This document shows positions 57,721 to 64,000 of a stretch of DNA of 64,000 nt, piece by piece. The position numbers were made by a program, and so were the translations under genes. How positions within the stretch are numbered: position 1 is the first letter of the stretch; each line of letters begins with the position of its first letter. The notes beneath the pieces are model-generated. The model had not been told where the DNA came from, did no database searches, and saw nothing but the letters and a program-made list of their open reading frames with translations. Origin of the DNA: an uncultured Actinomycetota bacterium (GTDB taxonomy: Bacteria > Actinomycetota > Actinomycetes > CAVWCF01); assembly GCA_963697565.1 (NCBI GenBank), contig CAVOOM010000008.1, positions 304,423 to 368,422 on the forward strand, written 5' to 3'.

Positions 57721-57730
57721 GGGCGACCCG

Positions 57731-58789
57731 GTGACCGGCCCGCCGCCGCCCGGCGCGCGGCCGGTGCGCGACGAGGACGCCTTCGACGTCGCGGCCCTGC
57801 ACGCCTGGCTGGCGCCGCGGTTGGGGCTGCCCGCCGAGCCGCCCGAGGTGCTGCAGTTCGGCGGCGGCGCCTCCAACCTCACCTACCTGCTGCGCTACCC
57901 CGACCGCGACCTCGTGCTGCGCCGCCCGCCCGTGGGGCGCAAGGCCGCCGGGGCGCACGACATGCGCCGTGAGTACGACGTGCAGCGGCTGCTGCGGCCG
58001 TCATTCGCCCTGGTGCCCGAGGTGCTGGCGTACGGCGACGACGAGGCGGTGCTCGGCTCGCCGTTCTACGTGATGGAGCACGTGCCCGGCTTGATCCTGC
58101 GCTCGGAGCTGCCCGCGGGCGTCACGCTCGACCGCGGCCAGGCGGCCGCCCTGGGCCACGGGGTGTTCGCCCGGCTCGCCGACCTGCACGCGGTCGACAT
58201 CACCGCGGCCGGCCTCGACGTCTTCTCGCGCGGCCCCGGCTACGTCGGACGGCAGGTCGAGGGCTGGTCACGGCGCTTCCGCGATGCCCGCACCGACGAC
58301 GTCCCCGACGGCGAGGCTGTGATGGCCTGGCTGCACGCGCACCAGCCCGCCGACTCGGGCGCGGTCCTCATCCACGGGGACTGGCGCTTCGACAACCTCG
58401 TCCTCGACCCCGCCGACCTGTCCCGGGTGCGGGCCGCGCTGGACTGGGAGATGGCCACGGTGGGCGACCCGCTGATGGACCTCGGCGCCGCGCTGGCGTA
58501 CTGGGTCCAGGCCGACGACGACGAGGTCTTCCAGATGTTCCGCCGGCAGCCCTCGCACCTGCCCGGGATGCCGACCCGCGAAGAGATCGTCGCCGCGTAC
58601 GCCGGCCGCAGCGGTCTGGACGTGGGCGGCTGGGCCTTCTACGAGGTGTACGGGCTGTTCCGGCTGAGCGTCATCGTCCAGCAGATCTGGTGGCGCTACC
58701 GCCACGGGCAGACCACCAACCCCGCCTTCGCCTCGTTCGGCGCCGCGGTGACGTACCTGCTCTCGCAGGCGGCGCGCCGCGCCGGCTAG
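57731..58789 (+). CDS. phosphotransferase family protein (APH/ChoK-like kinase fold)
   Basis: FGGGASNLTYLL, VLRRPP, the Brenner motif IHGDWRFDNLV, and DWEMATVGDP. It starts 10 nt after the ACAD gene. Confidence 0.8.
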   Translation: MTGPPPPGARPVRDEDAFDVAALHAWLAPRLGLPAEPPEVLQFGGGASNLTYLLRYPDRDLVLRRPPVGRKAAGAHDMRREYDVQRLLRPSFALVPEVLAYGDDEAVLGSPFYVMEHVPGLILRSELPAGVTLDRGQAAALGHGVFARLADLHAVDITAAGLDVFSRGPGYVGRQVEGWSRRFRDARTDDVPDGEAVMAWLHAHQPADSGAVLIHGDWRFDNLVLDPADLSRVRAALDWEMATVGDPLMDLGAALAYWVQADDDEVFQMFRRQPSHLPGMPTREEIVAAYAGRSGLDVGGWAFYEVYGLFRLSVIVQQIWWRYRHGQTTNPAFASFGAAVTYLLSQAARRAG

Positions 58790-60340
58790 GGCCGCCGGAC
58801 CACCACGAGGGTGACGTCATCGGGCGCCCGCGACCCGGCGTGGGTCCGCACGGCGCCCTGCAGCCGTTCGAGCACCTCCGCGCTCGCCGCCCCTCCGGCG
58901 GTCTGCTGAGCGGCGAGTGCGCGCACGCCGTCGGGGCCGAGCTCCGCGCCCTCAGCGTCGCGGGCCTCGGTGGCCCCGTCGGTGGTGCAGACCAGGGCGC
59001 CGCCGGCGGGAAACGTCGCCTCGCCTGCAGACCAGCGGCCGCCGAAGGCCGAGAGCAGCGGTCCGGTCGGTGCGAGCTCGACCGAGGACCCGTCCGGGGC
59101 GCACAACCAGGCCGAGGGATGTCCGGCGTTGACCCAGCGGAGGGCCCCGCCGGAAGCCGGCAGCTCCACCAGCAGCGCGGTGGCCAGCGCCTCGCCCTGG
59201 AACAGCCCGCTGGCCCGTGCGAGGGCGTCGGCGATCGGGACCCCCTCGGCGAGATCGGCCCGCAGCAGGTCGCGCAGGCGCAGTGCCCCCAAGCCCGCCT
59301 CGACGCCGTGCCCGGCGATGTCGGCCACGACGAGGACGGTGGCGCCATCCGGCCGGTCGAGCAGGTCCCACCAGTCGCCGGCCAGGGCGCCCTCGGCCGG
59401 GACCACGGAGCCGGCCACCTCCCACCCGCGGGCCGAGGGGGCCGCCCGATGGTCGAGCTCGCCGCGCAGGTACGCCACCAGGGGCGACTGCTGGGCGATC
59501 GCCTCCTCGGCGCGGGCCGACTCGTCAACACCGCTCAGCAGCCGAGTCCGCATCCGCTCGGCGTTCGACCCCATCTCGGCGATCTCGGTGGGACCCGAAG
59601 GGGTCAGCGGGTGCTCGAGGTCGCCGGCCGCCACGTTGGCCATCTGCGTCGACAGCCGGCGGGTCGGCAGCAGGATCCACCGCCGCAGCAGCCAGGCCAG
59701 CAGCCCGACGGCCACCACGAGCACGACGGCCGCGGCCGCGAGGGCGCGCTGCAGCAGGGCGAGGGCCGCCGACCGCTCGTCTTGGGCGGCGGTGAAGGCG
59801 ACGTCGGTGGCCTCGTCGAGGGCGTCGACGCTCACCCGGACCGCCAGGAAGGCCCGGCTGCCCGCGGTCGCACCTCGGCGGCCGACACCTCGCCACCGGA
59901 TCGGATGGCGGCGATCTGCGGCTCGGCGTAGCCAGTGCGCCACGCGTCGAGGCTCGACCGACCGCCCCAATCCTGCGGGTGATCTCGGGCCCTCGGCGCC
60001 GGGGACCGCGGCCCAGTCGGTGCGCGCCGCCAGGGCCGCCATCGCGGCCAGCGAGCTGTCGGCCGCCGCGCGGCCGACCTCGTACGGCTGGAGGAGGGGC
60101 ACCCGGCCGACTCAACACGAACCCCTGGAGCCCGGTCTCCTGGTTGAGCACGGCGGAGCGCAGGTCCTTGCCCTCCAGTTGGAGCGGGAGGATGGACTCG
60201 TCGGCGAGGTCCGCCGCGTCCTGCAGCATGCCCATCGCCGAGGTGACCACCCGGGCGCCCAGCGCCAGCGCGAGCAGCACGATCCCGAGCAAGACCAGGA
60301 CCCGCGCCCGCAGCGATCGCACGCGGCGACCGTAGGGCAT
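58786..60340 (-). pseudogene. membrane sensor PP2C (SpoIIE-type) phosphatase with CHASE3-like and HAMP domains, at least 3 frameshifts
   Basis: The N-terminus MPYGRRVRSLRARVLVLLGIVLLALALGARV...LNQETGLQGFVLS is a TM helix plus CHASE3-like start. Frame jumps occur within 59850-60110. Next come HAMP (LLPTRRLSTQMANVAAGDLEHPL) and PP2C (GDWWDLL...VADIAGHGVEAG...LVCTTDGATEA...DDVTLVVV). Confidence 0.65.
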
Positions 60341-60436
60341 CGGACGACGTGCGCGGCGCAGGACGGGGCTACCCTCACGAAGGCCCGGCGGCCCGCGCGG
60401 AGGGCGGCCGGACGACGAACGGCGGGAGGTGGCGCC

Positions 60437-61621
60437 ATGGGCGACCATGCGCCCGAACATGCGCCCCTCGTCGCCTCGGCCACCGATCGTCCGCCGCCGC
60501 TGCGGTTCGACCGCGCGGAACTCGCCGGCGCCGTGGCCGACCTCGGGGTCCTGGTGCCGATCGCGGTCGCGCTCATCGTGGCCAACGGGCTGTCGGCGAC
60601 CGCCGTGCTGCTGCCGGCGGGGCTGCTGTACGTCGCCTCGGGCCTGGTCTACCGGCTGCCGATCCCGGTGCAGCCGCTGAAGGCGTTCGGCGTGATCGCC
60701 ATCGCGCAGGGCCTGGGCGTGGCGGAGATCGCCGCCGGCGCCCTGCTGATGGGCGTCATCTTCCTGGCGCTCGGCCTGTCCGGGCTGATCGACCGTGCCG
60801 CCGGGCTCTTCCCCCGAGCGGTGGTCCGCGGGGTGCAGCTGTCGGTGGGGCTGCTCTTCTTCAAGCTCGCCTGGGGGCTGGTGGCCGAGCCCCCTGACGT
60901 CTTCGGCGACACGTGGCCGTCGGCCTGGATGATCCCCGCCACCGGCCTCCTCGTGGTGGTGGCGATCCTCGGCCGCCGGCACGCCGTGACGCTCGCGCTG
61001 GTCGGGATCGCCGCGGTGGTGGCCGCCGTGACCTACAGCGGGGCCTGGGAGTGGGGGCCGTCGGCGCTCGAGGCGCCGGCCCTGAGCGCCTCTGCGCTCG
61101 CGACGGCCGCCGTGGTGCTCGTGTTGCCCCAGCTGCCGTTGACCTTCACCAACTCGTGCGTGGCGGCGGCCGATGCCGCTCACGCGTACTTCGGGGCGGC
61201 GGCCGACCGGGTCCGGCCCGGACGGCTCGGGGTGAGCCTCGGCGCCGCCAACGTGCTGGCCGCCTCGATCGGCGGGATGCCGGTCTGCCACGGCGCCGGC
61301 GGGCTGAGCGCCACCGAGGCTTCGGGGCGCGCACGGGCGGAGCCCCCATCGCGATGGGGGTCGCCCTGCTAGCCCTCGCCCTGGTCGCGGGCAACTCGCT
61401 GGCGGGGGTGCTCACCGGCTTCCCGCTGCCGATCCTGGCTGCCCTGGTGGCCGTCGCCGGGTTGCTCCACCTCACCTTGCTGACGCGACCTCCGCGGTCC
61501 CTGGGAGTGGGCGCTGGCCCTGGCCATCGGGGTCGCCGGGGTGTTCGGCTACCTGGCGGTCGCGGTGGTCGCCGGGGTGGCGCTGTGGTGGGGGGTGCGC
61601 GCGCTCAGAGCGCCCAGCTGA
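60437..61621 (+). pseudogene. MOT1/SulP-related putative molybdate or sulfate transporter, two frameshifts (near 61310 and 61485)
   Basis: GGGAGG RBS followed by MGDHAPEH...FDRAELAGAVADLGVLVPIAVALIV...PVQPLKAFGVIA...MPVCHGAGGLSA. It continues in a second frame as HRGFGARTGGAPIAMGVALLAL and in a third frame as RDLRGPWEWALALAIGVAG...ALRAPS-stop. Confidence 0.6.
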
Positions 61622-62280
61622 GCGGCGGGGCGCCCTGCTCGGCCAGCGACGCGTTGGCCCGGCTGAACGGCCGCGAGCCGAAGAACCCGCGATCGGCCGA
61701 CATCGGGCTGGGGTGCGCGCTGGCGATCCGCGGGATCGAGCCCAGGGCAGGGGTCAGGGACTGGGCGTCGCGGCCCCAGAGGATCGCGACCAAGGGACCG
61801 CCCCGCGCGGCCAGGGCGGCGATCGCCCGGTCGGTCACGGCCTCCCAGCCGCGCCCGCGGTGCGAGCCGGGCTCACCCGGGCGCACGGTGAGGACGCGGT
61901 TCAGCAGCAGCACGCCCTCATCGGCCCAGGCCGACAGGTCGCCGTGCGCGGGTGCCGGCCGGCCGAGGTCCGCGGCGTACTCGCGGTAGATGTTCTGCAG
62001 GCTGCGCGGCAGCGGTCGGGTCTCGGGCGACACCGAGAAACTACAGCCCCACCGCATGCCCGGGGGTCGGGTACGGGTCTTGCCCCACGATCAGCACGCG
62101 GACGTCGGCCAGCGGCCGCTGGAAGGCCCGCAGCACGCGGTCGCCCGCCGGCAGGTACCCGCGCCCGGCGGCGACCTCGGCGCGCAGGAAGTCGCCCATC
62201 GCGGCGATCTGCCCGGCCACCGGCTCCAGGGCCTGCGCCCAGTCGGCGGCCACCAGTTCGCTCAGCGGTCGGCCAGCCAC
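61605..62280 (-). pseudogene. ung: uracil-DNA glycosylase (family 1), one frameshift near 62045
   Basis: [18 protein letters not shown], then in another frame SFSV...[12 protein letters not shown]...[11 protein letters not shown]...HRGRGWE...ILWGRDAQ...ASAHPSP. Confidence 0.8.
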
Positions 62281-62312
62281 GGGGCGCGACCCTACCGGCC
62301 GCGCCGCCGCCC

Positions 62313-64000
62313 TCAGCCGGTCGTCCGGCCGGCCGTGAGGTCGTACACGGTGACCCCGTCGAGCGTGGTCTGCGTGAACGTCTCCTCGACCCATGAGGTG
62401 ATGGCGCTCGAGGCGCCGGACGCGCCGCCCCCGGGGCCGCCCATCCCGCCGGGGCCGCCGCGGCCACCCGTAGCCTCCGGCGATGAAGTAGTGGATCCGT
62501 CGGCCGCCACGAGGTCCTTGAACTCGGCCAGCGTCGGGGAGGGGTCCGACCCGTTGAAGCCACCGATGGCCAGCACTGACGTTCCCGCCGCGAGCTGGTA
62601 TCCGGCAGCGCTGTTGGCCCCCACGGCGGCGGCGACCCAGTCGTAGCGCTCAGCGTCCGCCTGGAGCGCCGCGGTGATCGCGGCCCCCGGGGTGGACGCG
62701 TCGAGGAGGCCGCCGGCGCCGCCCGGCATCGCTCCGCCCGGCATCGCCGCCGCCCGGCATGACGCCGCCCGGCATCGCGCCGCCCGGGCAAGGTCGCCCC
62801 CCGGGCCAGGGCCGCCGGGCATCGCCCCGCCCACGGGCCCGCCCCGCCCTGCTCCAGCGATGGTGGGCCCGGCGAACGGGATTGAACCGGTATGCGGGCG
62901 TCGCGGCGGTGTCGATCGCGTACGCGGCGGGGCCGGCGAGTCCGGCGGCTACGCCGACGGCGCACGCCACTGCGGCGAGGCGCACCGGCAGCCATCGGCG
63001 AACGAGCAGAGCGAACGCCGCGCCCAGGCCGGCAAGAAGCGCCACGGGGCGCAGCCAGCTGACGAAGTCCGGACTCCGCCCGAGCAGCCACCACCCGGTG
63101 ATGGCCGCGGTGGCCACCGCCGCGCCGAGCACGGCGTCGCCGAGCAGGTCGCGCCGCCGCCAGGCCGCGACCGCTCCGAGTCCCACCAGGGCGCCGATCG
63201 CGGGGGCGAGCGCCACGGCGTAGTACGCGTGGAAGATGCCCTGCATCAGGCTGAAGACGAGGCCGGTGACAACCAGCCAGCCGCCCCAGAGCAGCAGCGA
63301 GGCGCGCAGGGCGTCGGTGCGTGGCCGGCGGGCCGTCCAGACCAGGCCGGCCGCGCCCAGCAGCAGCGCTGTCGGGATCAGCCAGGCGACCTGGCCGCCG
63401 ACCTCGTCGCTGAACATCCGCAGCAGGCCGGTCTCGCCCCACATCCCGGCCCCCGGGTTGCCGCCGGGAACGACACTGCCGGCCTCATCTCCGGTCAGCC
63501 GCCCAAGGCCGTTGTAGCCCAGCGTGAGCTCGAGGATGCTGTTGGTCTGCGATCCGCCGATGTACGGCCGAGCGTCAGCCGGGATCACCGCGACGATCGC
63601 CACCCACCAGCCGGCCGCGGCGATCATGGCCCCCAGCGCGGCGAGCGACTGCCCGATCCGCCGGCCAAGGCCGGTCGGGGCGGCCAGCAGGTAGACCACC
63701 GCGAAGACCGGCAGCACGACGAACGCCTGCAGCATCTTGGCCAGGTAGGCAAAGCCGACCAGCGCCCCGGCCAGCACGATCCACCGGGTCGAGGCGTGCT
63801 CAAGCGCCCGCACCAGGGCGTAGGCGGCGCAGGTCAGCAGGAGCACGAGAAGCGCATCGGGGTTGTTGAAGCGGAACATCAGGACCGCGACCGGCGTGAG
63901 CGCCGCCACCGCCCCGGCCAGCAGGCCGGCCCCGGGGCCGGCCACCCGCTTGACGGCCGCGTACAGCACGCCGACCGTGGCGACGCCCATCAGCGCCTGC
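62313..64000 (-). pseudogene. GT39/ArnT-like glycosyltransferase (PMT family), 5' end outside window; at least 4 frameshifts in the C-terminal 500 nt
   Basis: Polytopic part: LMFRFNNPDALLVLLL, FAYLAKMLQAFVVLP, GGSQTNSILELTLGYNGLGRL. The C-terminal extracytoplasmic part carries (G-A/V-M-P-G)n repeats and [25 protein letters not shown]. Confidence 0.7.
62721..62826. repeat. 15-nt tandem repeat (core GCCCGGCAT) encoding G-A/V-M-P-G pentapeptide repeats on the minus strand
   Basis: Cores sit at 62721, 62736, 62752 and 62767 (periods 15, 16, 15), with degenerate copies near 62781 and 62814. The 16-nt unit breaks the reading frame. Confidence 0.6.

Noticed and set aside
58970-61372. 800-aa ORF on the + strand.
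   Set aside because: Only the part from the ATG at 60437 onward (MOT1-like transporter) is protein-like. The first 489 codons are antisense to the PP2C gene.
62690-62830. Short tandem repeats considered as a possible CRISPR-like array.
   Set aside because: The period is 15-16 nt with no unique spacers, the repeats lie inside a coding region and encode a pentapeptide repeat, and there are no cas genes.
1-64000. Search for tRNA, rRNA, tmRNA, integrase, transposase and prophage boundaries.
   Set aside because: I saw no T-arm-like GGTTCGAATCC-type motifs, no rRNA-like low-G+C conserved stretches, and no recombinase-like ORFs in any frame. The only mobile-element-associated family is the decayed DUF222/HNH gene.

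Overview
This is a 64-kb chromosomal segment at roughly 72% G+C. Its gene content and codon bias look actinobacterial; a Nocardioides- or Micrococcales-like organism is my guess and cannot be verified here. I can support about 58 protein-coding loci. I found no rRNA, tRNA, CRISPR array, transposase or integrase. At this G+C every frame carries long spurious ORFs, so calls rest on protein-like sequence, family motifs, and start/stop coupling (ATGA and GTGA overlaps). Order of contents:

- **1-4.2 kb:** transporters and small enzymes.
- **4.2-7.4 kb:** an ATP-grasp gene plus two esterase genes.
- **7.5-11.1 kb:** a tightly coupled sulfur-handling operon: HTH/PocR regulator, SQR-like flavoprotein, DUF1641, TusE/DsrC-like, DsrE-like.
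- **11.2-20 kb:** an MDR dehydrogenase, a badly decayed ABC-2 exporter pair, sbcDC, and a GH13 alpha-glucosidase.
- **20.1-24.8 kb:** DUF302 and feoA-feoB with a FeoC-like gene behind a DtxR/IdeR-type iron box, then a decayed DUF222/HNH gene with a canonical leaderless promoter.
- **24.8-32.5 kb:** a methionine-gamma-lyase-family gene with a divergent Lrp regulator, a DDAH-family gene, an acyltransferase, arfB, and an ArsR-SulP pair.
- **32.6-37.2 kb:** an intact oleA-oleBC-oleD long-chain olefin (head-to-head condensation) cluster.
- **37.9-45.5 kb:** N-methyl amino acid oxidation genes and fbiC (F420 precursor).
- **45.6-50.6 kb:** membrane-lipid genes (YhhN and an MprF-like protein).
- **50.7-55.8 kb:** a copper-handling cluster: PCu(A)C, Tat-Dyp peroxidase, CopC, CopD-CtaG.
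- **56.5-58.8 kb:** an acyl-CoA dehydrogenase plus kinase pair.
- **58.8-64 kb:** a PP2C sensor phosphatase, a MOT1-like transporter, ung, and a partial GT39 glycosyltransferase.

The most striking global property is the frameshift load. There are about 45 places where recognisable protein sequence jumps frame. They are distributed very unevenly, with multi-kb clean stretches next to heavily hit genes. At least two are compensated indel pairs hidden inside ORFs that look intact. I cannot tell from sequence alone whether this is assembly error or real gene decay. Disrupted loci are therefore typed as pseudogene with that caveat.
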